A stretch of 32,000 bases of DNA from Cylindrospermopsis raciborskii Cr2010 (GCF_003367075.2 NZ_CP065936.1:990001-1022000); one strand, 5' to 3'. Counted from the stretch's first letter, positions 16,579-24,831 are shown. A program made the numbers and translations. Notes: a model not told the origin generated them from the letters alone.

Positions 16579-19095
16579 ATGACCCGACGCATCATTGTTA
16601 GTCTACCGGAGTGGAGTCTGGGAGGCGCTCACATCTGTGCTGCCAACTTGGTTCGGGGTCTACGGGCCAGAGGAGAAGATGCCCGTCTGTTGTTAACCGA
16701 GGAACACACCCCCCTGGTCAATCATCCCCGCTATATTCCACCGCTACCTGCTGATTTACCCATTGAACTGATTCGCCTTACCTCCCATGACCATTGGAGC
16801 GATGCCTGGATGGCGATTGAAAGGTTCCTGGAGGAACAGGCTCCCTGCATCTATGTTCCCGTTGTTGATTTTCGTTCTACTTGCATTACAGCCCGCCTCT
16901 CCTCCCGGGTCGTGGTTGTGGCAACCATGATGACGGACTATCGATTAGAGTACGAACATGTGGAGCGATTGGTTCGCCACTGGGATGCGGTAGTGGCTGT
17001 GAACTCAGCCATTCAGCGGCGGGCGGCCCTCTGGGTGCCCTGGCTGGCGGCTAACCTGGTCACGATTCCCATCTGTGTACCCATGCCCGGTGATGTACCC
17101 ATCCGCTCAGCCCAGGGCAAACTCCGGTTGGTATACCATGGTAGGTTATGCCAGTACCAAAAGCGCAGCCTCGACTTCATCGATCTGCTTGAGCAACTTG
17201 AAGTCCGTAGTGTAAATTTTTGTCTTACCCTAATCGGCGATGGTGAGTGCCGTCCAGCCCTTGAAAAGGCAGCGACCCGGTTTATCTCCGATGGACGCTT
17301 GGTACTATCAGGTACCCTTCCCTACGAGCAAACCCTGGAGGCCCTCAGGCATCAGGACGTTTATATCCTGCCTTCAGAATTTGAAGGCACTCCCAATGCC
17401 CTGCTAGAGGCAATGGCCTATGGTTGTGTACCCGTGGTTTCCGACATCGAAACCCTAACGGATATCGTAGCCGAGGGTAAGACAGGATTTCGCTGTGCGA
17501 TCGGAGATATGCAGGCCTTTGCTGCGGCTGTGGCTCGACTAGCCGCTGACCCGGTGGAACGAGTCGCCATGGCTGAGCGGGCCGCGACCAGTGTACGTCA
17601 GCTTGGCTACGACCTGGAAACCATGATTGATCGGTGGCAAGCCCTATTTGATCGCCTGGAGACCCGTACCAGACATGCCCGATATCGTCCCCGTGGCTTT
17701 ATGACTGCCCCCCCCGCTACCTTTGGTGGAGTTTCAATCCTGCCAGGTGAGTACAGTTCCTTCGCACGACTGGTGAATCAGGTTCCCCTCTGGCCTGAAC
17801 CCCGGACCGCCACTCGGGTAAGCCAGCACCACCGCCCCCATATCGCGCCCCTCAGTGAGCATCGCATCATTCTAGCCACCACAAAAGGTCGCATTAGTGG
17901 TGTTGATGTTTTTGCGATAAACCTAGTTCAGGCACTTCTGTCTCGCGGTCTAAAGGCGGAGATTTTAGTTACCCGTCCCGATGAAAAGGTTCCAGATCCA
18001 ATGCCCTTTCCAGATCATATACCCGTACGTACCCTTGCTGTTGAACCAGGGAGCAGTTGGCAAAAACGATGGGCGCTGCTACGCCGTACCCTCATAGAAC
18101 ATAGTCCCTGCATCTACATTCCCAACTATGACTGGTACCATTCTGGCATCTGCGGTACTCTACCAGCAACTGTAAAGGTGATTGGTATTGCCCACAGCGA
18201 TGACCCCGCTCACTATGCCCACTGTTTGAAGCTCGGGTCTACCTGGAACGGGATAGTAGCTGTTAGTAAGGTAGTTGCCAATCATATTAGGGATCTGGCC
18301 CCTGAGTTGGCAGACAGATTATACACTATTCCCTATGGTGTGGGTCTGCCTTCCTCTCCCATAAGTACCGTGCGATCACCCCATGCGCCCCTGCGATTAC
18401 TCTATGCTGGTCGGTTAATCCGTTATCAGAAGCGGGTGTTTGACCTACTGTGTATCCTTGATGCTTTAGCAACCCGTAATGTGTCTGTGGAACTCACTGT
18501 TGTGGGCAGTGGTCCGGAGGAGCGGGAATTTCTCCAGTCCTCGGCCCAGTCCCTAGTCAGTGGCAGGATGCGCTTCATGGGGGGTATGGCGAACCACCAC
18601 GTGCAAACGCTGATGGTACAGGCAGATATTTTTCTGTTACCATCGGCCTTTGAGGGGTTGCCTGTGAGCCTTTTGGAGGCTATGGCCCACGGTACTATAC
18701 CCGTGGTAACCCACTCTCGTAGTGGGGTAGATGAGGTCATACGCCACGGTGAAAATGGTTTTTTAGTAGCCGTGGGTGATATAGATGCCTTTGCTAACTA
18801 CATTACCCATCTGTCCGAAAACCCTCAACAGATGGCGCAGATGGCACAGGCAGCCCGCCAGACTATTGAAACCGGGGGATTTACCATTCATGCCATGACG
18901 GAGTCTTATCTGCACCTAATGGAGCAGATAGTGTCACAGCCCTTCTCCCGTCCAGTCACAGGCATACTTCCCCCAGAGGATATACGAGGCTGGCGTTCGT
19001 GGCTACCACCGGAGCTTCCTAGTCCAACTGTTGCTGTTCAAAGTCTGAGAAAACGGGTCGAACTAATATTAAAGGGGCTAGGATCCTATTTCTAG
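16579..19095 (+). CDS. Tandem-domain family 4 glycosyltransferase (GT4-GT4)
   Basis: Two homologous halves, each with its own EX7E block: PSEFEGTPNALLEAMAYG and PSAFEGLPVSLLEAMAHG; CIYVPVVDF / CIYIPNYDW; RLVYHGRLCQYQKRSLD / RLLYAGRLIRYQKRVFD. GGAG-type RBS just upstream. Confidence 0.9.
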   Translation: MTRRIIVSLPEWSLGGAHICAANLVRGLRARGEDARLLLTEEHTPLVNHPRYIPPLPADLPIELIRLTSHDHWSDAWMAIERFLEEQAPCIYVPVVDFRSTCITARLSSRVVVVATMMTDYRLEYEHVERLVRHWDAVVAVNSAIQRRAALWVPWLAANLVTIPICVPMPGDVPIRSAQGKLRLVYHGRLCQYQKRSLDFIDLLEQLEVRSVNFCLTLIGDGECRPALEKAATRFISDGRLVLSGTLPYEQTLEALRHQDVYILPSEFEGTPNALLEAMAYGCVPVVSDIETLTDIVAEGKTGFRCAIGDMQAFAAAVARLAADPVERVAMAERAATSVRQLGYDLETMIDRWQALFDRLETRTRHARYRPRGFMTAPPATFGGVSILPGEYSSFARLVNQVPLWPEPRTATRVSQHHRPHIAPLSEHRIILATTKGRISGVDVFAINLVQALLSRGLKAEILVTRPDEKVPDPMPFPDHIPVRTLAVEPGSSWQKRWALLRRTLIEHSPCIYIPNYDWYHSGICGTLPATVKVIGIAHSDDPAHYAHCLKLGSTWNGIVAVSKVVANHIRDLAPELADRLYTIPYGVGLPSSPISTVRSPHAPLRLLYAGRLIRYQKRVFDLLCILDALATRNVSVELTVVGSGPEEREFLQSSAQSLVSGRMRFMGGMANHHVQTLMVQADIFLLPSAFEGLPVSLLEAMAHGTIPVVTHSRSGVDEVIRHGENGFLVAVGDIDAFANYITHLSENPQQMAQMAQAARQTIETGGFTIHAMTESYLHLMEQIVSQPFSRPVTGILPPEDIRGWRSWLPPELPSPTVAVQSLRKRVELILKGLGSYF

Positions 19096-19154
19096 GGCTT
19101 TAAGGAAAATTACCTGCTAATACAGTTCATTAACCATAGCTAATTTCCATTACC

Positions 19155-19931
19155 ATGGCCATATCAAAACGTCGCACCTTCAAAGATTCGGTTCTTCAGG
19201 CAGCCTTCCGAACCCAGGGCTATGTGGTAGTAAATTTGGATGAATCGGAGAAAATGAATCGCTTAGCTGAGGCTTATCGAAGTCTCTATCCATACAATCA
19301 GGAAGGTTGTGTATTTTCCTGTCATGATACGGATTGCAATCGCCGGTTCAAGGCACAAAACTTCGTGCGTCAAGTGATTGGGGAAAAAGCATCGGTTTTT
19401 TTGGATAATTACAAATTTGTCAATAGTTCCTTTGTTGCCAAATACCCTGGTGAAAATGGTGCAATCCCCCCACATACTGACTTCACCCTTGTAGACGATA
19501 GGTACTACTCTGCCGTGTCCATCTGGGTCCCTTTGACGGAAACCACTGCTGCTGCAGGACGCTTGCATGTATTACCAGGATCCCATCGTTATACACCCCT
19601 ATGTGGGTCAAATCTTTTCAGAAAGTATACAGACATCAAACTCTCCAGCATGACAGAGATTGAGCTGGAGATTGGACAGGCTGTCTGTTACGACCCGCGA
19701 ACCATTCACGCCTCCCCTGCCAACACATCATCGAGTCCCCGGATTGCCGGAAATTGTGTGCTGATCCCAGAGGAAGCTGACCTCTGGCATGTAACTTGTC
19801 AAGATCAGGACATTCTGATCTATGCCGTTGACGATGGCTTCTACAGTGGCCTAGGCCTCACAATTACTCACAAGCTATTGAGCAATTACAGAGTCATTCA
19901 TGCGGAACACTTTGAAAGATTCGTCCTTTAA
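19155..19931 (+). CDS. PhyH-like (Fe/2OG) dioxygenase with canonical HTD motif
   Basis: PPHTDFTLVDDRYYSAVSIWVPLTETTAAAGRLHVLPGSHRYTPL ... TIHASPANTSSSPRIAGN. Confidence 0.87.
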   Translation: MAISKRRTFKDSVLQAAFRTQGYVVVNLDESEKMNRLAEAYRSLYPYNQEGCVFSCHDTDCNRRFKAQNFVRQVIGEKASVFLDNYKFVNSSFVAKYPGENGAIPPHTDFTLVDDRYYSAVSIWVPLTETTAAAGRLHVLPGSHRYTPLCGSNLFRKYTDIKLSSMTEIELEIGQAVCYDPRTIHASPANTSSSPRIAGNCVLIPEEADLWHVTCQDQDILIYAVDDGFYSGLGLTITHKLLSNYRVIHAEHFERFVL

Positions 19932-21106
19932 GTTACCTTAAAGTCTTTCTGACAAATGACAATGTAGCTTAAAGAAGTACACCAAACTATACTTTGTATT
20001 ATTTGGGCATGAATTGAATAGGTAATAAAGGTAGGAATCAATAGAGTTAAGCAAAGCAAGATTAATACTAAGAGGTTAAATCTATTTGGTCTTTTAAAAT
20101 TTAGCTCGATTATTGCTAATAACAGGAAAACTAACATCACATTATCATAAATTAGATGATAGGTCCATAGTCGACCTATTCCAGAAGCAATAGCAAAGAG
20201 AAAGAGCAAAGAGCAATCCTTAAATAAATAAAATAACCACACAGTAACAACAGTAGCAACTATAGCTAATAAAATTGTTGCTAAGAGTGGGTTAATTCCA
20301 AACTTGAGCAGAACATTGATTCCCGAATATCCTCTATCAACATAATATTGGGAAACCTTAACAACTTTCTCAATCATATAAATAGGAGAAACTTTTACAA
20401 TTAATCCTATTATTGAACTAGAAACCACAATATATAAACAGCAAGCTATGACCGCATTAATTCTTTTCTTGATGATGGGAATAAAAAAGTAAAGGGCAGA
20501 AATATTTGGTTTGAGTAAAGCCAACCCTAAAATTAACCCAGCTGATATGTTAGCATTGCCCTGCAATAGCCAAAACATTAGTACTAATAAAGCATTGATA
20601 ATAATGCCATATTGTCCAATACCCAGAGTAGTGGTATGAGTACCAAGTGACAAACAAGTAACTATTGTAAACCAGGCTTTTAATTTTCCATAGGGTTTGC
20701 CGATTTGATAAGCAAAAATGGCTAAAATAACTAGAGAGATGGCATTTAAAAGAACATGATACCACAGGGTTAATTCAAAAGGAATGGGTGGGAAAAATAT
20801 GAAACCTGAGAAAAAAGCCCAAGCTGGATATCCCCCAGATGTTACAGCACCCAGTTGAGGATCTATCAAAGGTGAACCGTTGGTAATATCATAGGGATAT
20901 AAACCATAATAAATATACCTTTGTTCTTTCCAACGAGTATATAAATCTGTAGATTGTGCATTTATTATCAATTTATAAAAACCTATGATAAGGTAAAGAA
21001 AACAGAGTATGCTTAAAGCTGCGGATAGGCCAAAGATAATTTTTGAGGGGGTAAGCTTTTTAAAAAACAGTAGTTTATTCATTCTCTTGCTTAAAACTGA
21101 CTTCAT
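19928..21106 (-). CDS. Polytopic membrane protein, DUF2029/GT87-like (GT-C type glycosyltransferase candidate)
   Basis: 392 aa, strongly hydrophobic, GGYPAWAFFSGFIFFPP, LILGLALLKPNISALYFFIPIIKKR. Converges with the preceding gene, stop codons overlapping. Confidence 0.7.
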   Translation of the reverse strand: MKSVLSKRMNKLLFFKKLTPSKIIFGLSAALSILCFLYLIIGFYKLIINAQSTDLYTRWKEQRYIYYGLYPYDITNGSPLIDPQLGAVTSGGYPAWAFFSGFIFFPPIPFELTLWYHVLLNAISLVILAIFAYQIGKPYGKLKAWFTIVTCLSLGTHTTTLGIGQYGIIINALLVLMFWLLQGNANISAGLILGLALLKPNISALYFFIPIIKKRINAVIACCLYIVVSSSIIGLIVKVSPIYMIEKVVKVSQYYVDRGYSGINVLLKFGINPLLATILLAIVATVVTVWLFYLFKDCSLLFLFAIASGIGRLWTYHLIYDNVMLVFLLLAIIELNFKRPNRFNLLVLILLCLTLLIPTFITYSIHAQIIQSIVWCTSLSYIVICQKDFKVT

Positions 21107-21120
21107 GAGTAAAGATTATT

Positions 21121-21193
21121 ATAGCCAACTTACTTAAAGCTGCTGCGCCTTTTTCCAGTAGCATTTCCAGTCTATCCAGTGCCATCGCACCCT
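21121..21193 (-). pseudogene. Fragment of the 3' end of aroE
   Basis: aaagctgctgcgcctttttccagtagcatttccagtctatccagtgccatcgcaccct closely matches 23396-23453 in intact aroE; translation LDRLEMLLEKGAAALSK vs LDGLEMLVQQGAAALK. Confidence 0.8.
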
Positions 21194-21195
21194 TT

Positions 21196-21585
21196 GGGTA
21201 AGCTAAATATACTTTGAGCAGCTGCAATGGCATCAATAGTCGTTTCTGCAATTTTGACTCCGCCAACTTGTGAGCGGTCTTTGGCATACACCTGGGATTT
21301 CAGCACAATTGGGTAGGGGATTTTTAACCTTTTTAAATCTGTGGGGTGGTCAATTCTTTGAGATGGTAATACGGGAATTCCTATCTTGTTAAACCACTCC
21401 TTAACTTGATACTCGAGTAAGTCCATTATATATACCTTTTTGCGTTAAAAATTAATTTTATTTGATTAACGGAATAGATGTTTTTCCGAGTTCTACCATT
21501 CTAGGAGAAATACTACAAAGGTTTCAACTACTGGATAACAGTAAAATTATTTACTACGTATTCGATTAGCTGTTCTAAGCTTTCC
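21196..21585 (-). pseudogene. Duplicated fragment: sucC 5' end + intergenic + cysC 3' end
   Basis: Near-identical to 2083-2473 with one 1-bp deletion and scattered substitutions; contains MDLLEYQVKEWFNKIGIPVLPSQRIDHPTDLKRLKIPYPIVLKSQVYAKDRSQVGGVKIAETTIDAIAAAQSIF. Confidence 0.95.
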
Positions 21586-21588
21586 GGT

Positions 21589-21623
21589 CAACCTACTCGA
21601 GGGTGCCTTCTCCGCTCTCCGCA
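21589..21623 (+). repeat. 35-bp fragment of the UPF0175 gene
   Basis: caacctactcgagggtgccttctccgctctccgca vs 22864-22898 caacctacccgagggtgccttctctgctctccgca (2 mismatches). Confidence 0.85.
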
Positions 21624-21640
21624 AGAAAGGGAAAGTTTTT

Positions 21641-21661
21641 AAAAACCCCTCTCCCAGGGGT
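21641..21661 (-). terminator. Rho-independent terminator for the Uma2-type gene
   Basis: Minus strand reads ACCCCT-gggag-AGGGGT-TTTT. Confidence 0.7.
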
Positions 21662-21681
21662 ATTTCGGTCCAGGTAATAGT

Positions 21682-22569
21682 TTATTCGAGTGTAGTAATA
21701 TCAATACCCTTAGCTTTTAATTGTGCTAGTAAGGTTTGATACTTTTGTTGTTCCTGCTCTTTAAGAAATCTTTCTTGTTCTTTAAGCAGTTTTTCCCGTT
21801 CTGCACGCTGAGTTTCCTGTTCTTTAAGCAGTTTTTCCCGTTCTGCACGCTGAGTTTCCTGTTCTTTAAGCATTTTTTCCCGTTCTGCACGTTGATTTGC
21901 TTGTTCTCGAAGAAATTTTTCCTGTTCTGCATAATTGCTCAACTCTACAGGACTAAGAAACCTACCACCGTCTGGATAATAGATGACTAATTCATCTCCC
22001 GTCATATCAAACCGTACATCCAATCTTGGACTAGTCCAAACACTAAAATCCTTAATCTCTTTAAATAAATTATTTTCTCTAATAGATACTTCTAGACTAA
22101 TCCTATCTGGGTCATACACATAATACTCTTCTACTCCATGTTTCAGATAAAACAGCTTTTTTTTGTCCATTTCATCTTGAGTATTCCCGGGAGATAAAAT
22201 TTCAAAAACCACCTGGGGAGGAATATTATCCTCCTCCCACTGTCGATAAGACCCCCGGTGTGCCTTGGGTCTCCCAAACACCACCATGGTATCGGGAGCT
22301 AGTTTAATTTTGTTGCTCCCCTCTATTGGATACCAAAATAAGTCCCCAGCTACAAACACATGTGGATTAGACTTAAATAGTATTTCCAGATTCTCTTTGA
22401 TTTTGACAATCCATGTGAATTGTTTAGTGTTATCCGCCATGGGTTCACCATCACTTTCTGGGTAGACAATTTCAGGGACGATTGTCTCTCCAAGCTGATT
22501 TTTATTAGATTTTATCACCCCTAGTTGAGTTTTTGGTGGAACTTGCCTCACCATATCTATACCTCCCAT
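21682..22569 (-). CDS. Uma2-family (DUF820) putative endonuclease with C-terminal coiled-coil-like repeat tail
   Basis: TKLAPDTMVVFG-like IKLAPDTMVVFGRPKAHRGSYRQWEEDNIPPQVVFEILSPGNTQDEMDKKKLFYLKHGVEEYYVYDPD, then (REKLLKEQETQRAE)n. Confidence 0.85.
   Translation of the reverse strand: MGGIDMVRQVPPKTQLGVIKSNKNQLGETIVPEIVYPESDGEPMADNTKQFTWIVKIKENLEILFKSNPHVFVAGDLFWYPIEGSNKIKLAPDTMVVFGRPKAHRGSYRQWEEDNIPPQVVFEILSPGNTQDEMDKKKLFYLKHGVEEYYVYDPDRISLEVSIRENNLFKEIKDFSVWTSPRLDVRFDMTGDELVIYYPDGGRFLSPVELSNYAEQEKFLREQANQRAEREKMLKEQETQRAEREKLLKEQETQRAEREKLLKEQERFLKEQEQQKYQTLLAQLKAKGIDITTLE
21778..21903 (-). repeat. 42-nt tandem repeat, three units, inside the Uma2-type gene
   Basis: ttctttaagcagtttttcccgttctgcacgctgagtttcctg x2 plus a third diverged copy; encodes 14-aa units. 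Confidence 0.9.
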
Positions 22570-22742
22570 TGACTTTGGTACTGACTCAATCGGTTTAACT
22601 TACTATAACATGGCTTCTGTAGAAATGTGTTTCGTACCCCCACTTAAAATTAATTGAGTTGATTAAATCTAATATCTTTACTCATGCTTGAGAGCGATCG
22701 CCTCCTGAATTATGCCAAAAAAACCATCTATCTAAATATCAC

Positions 22743-22835
22743 GCTTGACTTACTCAACAAAGTTAGATAAATTAGGGTTATAATCATGTGCTGAGCCTTG
22801 ATTGTCTTCATGATCCCAGTTCGTATAAACCAGAC
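22743..22835. repeat. Right copy of second direct repeat, upstream of UPF0175 gene
   Basis: gcttgacttactcaacaaagttagataaatta...atgtgctgagccttgattgtcttcatgatcccagttcgtataaaccagactcgcccacc. Confidence 0.85.
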
Positions 22836-22846
22836 TCGCCCACCTA

Positions 22847-23098
22847 ATGATTCAAATTCAACTCAACCTACCCGAGGGTGCCTTCTCTGCTCTCCGCAGC
22901 ACCCCAGAGGAGTTCGCTCAAGAATTGCTTATCGCTGGCGTAGTTAAGTGGTATGAAATTGGCATGATCTCCCAATCCAAAGCTGTCGAAATTGCTGGCA
23001 TCAGTCGTCAGTCTTTTTTACAGGCCCTTGAGCGATTTGGAGTTTCCCCATTTCAGACTACCTTAGAAGAACTCACGGAGGAAATTAACCGTGGTTAA
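22847..23098 (+). CDS. UPF0175-family protein (antitoxin-like)
   Basis: LPEGAFSALRSTPEEFAQELLIAGVVKWYEIGMISQSKAVEIAGISRQSFLQALERFGVSPFQ. Confidence 0.82.
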   Translation: MIQIQLNLPEGAFSALRSTPEEFAQELLIAGVVKWYEIGMISQSKAVEIAGISRQSFLQALERFGVSPFQTTLEELTEEINRG

Positions 23099-23255
23099 GC
23101 GTTGGGTAGTCAATGCCTCCCCGATTATCAGCCTAGTCAAAATTAATCGCATACATTATTTACTCAGTGAACTGTGTTTAGAAAAGCTGATACAAGTTGG
23201 TTTACGCATTAGTCCGACTATCCTTGCTCATGCGATCGCTCTGGCAAAAGAGTAG
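23091..23255 (+). pseudogene. Internally deleted DUF3368 (PIN-like toxin) gene
   Basis: GTG-initiated VVKRWVVNASPIISLVKINRIHYLLSELC|LEKLIQVGLRISPTILAHAIALAKE*: N-terminus joined in frame to the C-terminal end; overlaps the antitoxin stop. Confidence 0.7.
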
Positions 23256-23301
23256 TAATAAGCTGTCGTGCAGCTAGAACGTATAAAATGAGCGGTAAAA
23301 T

Positions 23302-24228
23302 TTAACTTGCAGTTTGGACCCCGAGTGTGAGAACCTGCTGCATTTTGACAATGGGGATCTCCACATTGACATTTTCTTGTTGTAGCCAAAGTTTTAAAGC
23401 TGCTGCACCTTGTTGCACCAGCATTTCCAATCCATCCAGTGCGATCGCACCCTGTGCTTGTGCTAATTGTAAAAATCGGGTTGGTTTGGGAGTGTAGATT
23501 AGGTCATACGCGATCGCATGGCTAGGTAATTTATGTAGTTGGTCTTGAGTCACAGGTGATTCATCTGTGTTTGGGTACATACCAATGGGTGTAGTATTGA
23601 CTAATAAGTTACTTTGAGGGATAAGCTGTGGTAATTGCTCCCAAGTATGGGTCTTTAGTTTATTAGTAAATTCATGAGCCAAGGGAGAATCTATCCAACT
23701 TTGCTCAAGTTGTTTTAATTTTTCCATATTCCTACCTACTAGGTGAATTTCTGCCATTCCCAGTTGAATACAACCAGCAACCACTGCTCTTGCTGCACCA
23801 CCGTTGCCTATAACTACCGCTTTCTTTTCATGCCAGTTTTGATTGTATGTAGTTTGTAGTGGTGCTATAAATCCTGCCACATCCGTATTTGTTCCTATCC
23901 ACCTCTCCCCTACACGAATTACCGTATTAACTGCACCTATAGCTTGAGCAACAGGAGATATTTCATGTAATAAAGGTATAATTGCCTGTTTATGGGGAAT
24001 TGTGACATTAAAACCAACCACACCAATGGAAGCAAAACCAGCGATCGCCTGTTGTAAATTATCCGGTGCAATGGGAAAAGGCAAATACACGTAGTCTAAT
24101 CCTAAGTGGTGCAAAGCTGAATTGTGCATCAAGGGTGATAGGGAATGCTCCACAGGATAGCCAATCACTCCCATAATTTTAGTTTTTCCAGTAATTCTTG
24201 GACAATGATCATATTCTTGGTCATTCAT
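23302..24228 (-). CDS. aroE: Shikimate dehydrogenase
   Basis: GVIGYPVEHSLSPLMHNSALHHLGLDYVYLPFPI, GFNVTIPHKQ, VVIGNGGAARAVV, VNTTPIGMYP. Confidence 0.95.
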   Translation of the reverse strand: MNDQEYDHCPRITGKTKIMGVIGYPVEHSLSPLMHNSALHHLGLDYVYLPFPIAPDNLQQAIAGFASIGVVGFNVTIPHKQAIIPLLHEISPVAQAIGAVNTVIRVGERWIGTNTDVAGFIAPLQTTYNQNWHEKKAVVIGNGGAARAVVAGCIQLGMAEIHLVGRNMEKLKQLEQSWIDSPLAHEFTNKLKTHTWEQLPQLIPQSNLLVNTTPIGMYPNTDESPVTQDQLHKLPSHAIAYDLIYTPKPTRFLQLAQAQGAIALDGLEMLVQQGAAALKLWLQQENVNVEIPIVKMQQVLTLGVQTAS

Positions 24229-24309
24229 ACAATTAGGACGCTGACATTTTTAAAAACTTGAGGTAATTATACTAGTTTAGAAGACAAGTAGGAAAAATAC
24301 AAAGTAAGA

Positions 24310-24342
24310 TCCCCCTAGGTTCTGATGGAACCTGGGGGGATT
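24310..24342 (-). terminator. Strong inverted repeat downstream of hsp20
   Basis: ATCCCCCTAGGTTC-tgatg-GAACCTGGGGGGAT; little T-tract. Confidence 0.55.
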
Positions 24343-24363
24343 TTAACTAAGAACTAGGAAGAA

Positions 24364-24831
24364 CTAGGAATTGCTGCCTAAACTAACTTTCACCACTTTG
24401 CTTTTTTCTTCTACCAATTTGGGTAAGGTCAGATGCAAAATACCATCTTTGTAATCAGCAGTAACATTGGTGTTTTGAACAGGTACGGGAAGGGAAATCA
24501 CTCGGTGGAACTGACCATAATAAAACTCTGTCTTGGTTTTGTTTTTTCCCTCAACAGTAGTTTGAGACTTCCTTTCTCCGGTAATAGAAACTGAATCCTC
24601 TGTAACTTGAATATCCAGGTCTTTAGCTTCCATGCCAGGAATCTCTAGCTTGAGAACAATTGTGTCCTCAGTTTCAGTCATTTCTGCTGCTGGAACCCTA
24701 GCCACAGTATTTAAATCCTTTAAGCTAGTAGGTACAAAATCACCCAACAATTGGTTCAAATTACGTTCTAGGGTTTCTATTTCTTTCCAAGGACTGTAAC
24801 GAATTAGTGCCATAACCGATTCCTCTGTCAA
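24364..24831 (-). CDS. hspA: Small heat shock protein Hsp20/alpha-crystallin
   Basis: VPAAEMTETEDTIVLKLEIPGMEAKDLDIQVTEDSVSITGERKSQ...RVISLPVPV...ADYKDGILHLTLPK. Confidence 0.93.
   Translation of the reverse strand: MTEESVMALIRYSPWKEIETLERNLNQLLGDFVPTSLKDLNTVARVPAAEMTETEDTIVLKLEIPGMEAKDLDIQVTEDSVSITGERKSQTTVEGKNKTKTEFYYGQFHRVISLPVPVQNTNVTADYKDGILHLTLPKLVEEKSKVVKVSLGSNS

Noticed and set aside
18426-18740. 104-aa minus-strand ORF inside the GT4-GT4 gene, and similar small antisense ORFs (e.g. 1461-1785, 11895-12128, 19263-19568, 28280-28528)
   Set aside because: Lie fully inside or opposite well-supported genes, low-complexity translations, no recognisable domain.
3505-21106. Known cyanotoxin cluster (PKS/NRPS/saxitoxin-like)
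   Set aside because: No PKS/NRPS modules, adenylation or carrier-protein motifs; content is glycosyltransferases, exporter and tailoring oxygenases.
21172-21426. 84-aa ORF as a functional short SucC
   Set aside because: It is the N-terminal quarter of sucC read into scar sequence; a truncated duplicate rather than a designed gene.
21726-21990. ORFs on both strands over the Uma2 tail (KKSFLFFKQFFPFCTLSFLFF..., QNGKNCLKNRKLSV...)
   Set aside because: A repeat whose unit is a multiple of 3 without stops stays open in several frames; these are shadows of the 42-nt repeat.
21075-23300. Anti-phage defence island based on the Uma2 nuclease fold and TA remnant
   Set aside because: Only a single Uma2-type gene (very common in cyanobacteria) and a decayed TA pair; no helicase, reverse transcriptase, methylase or other defence partner seen.
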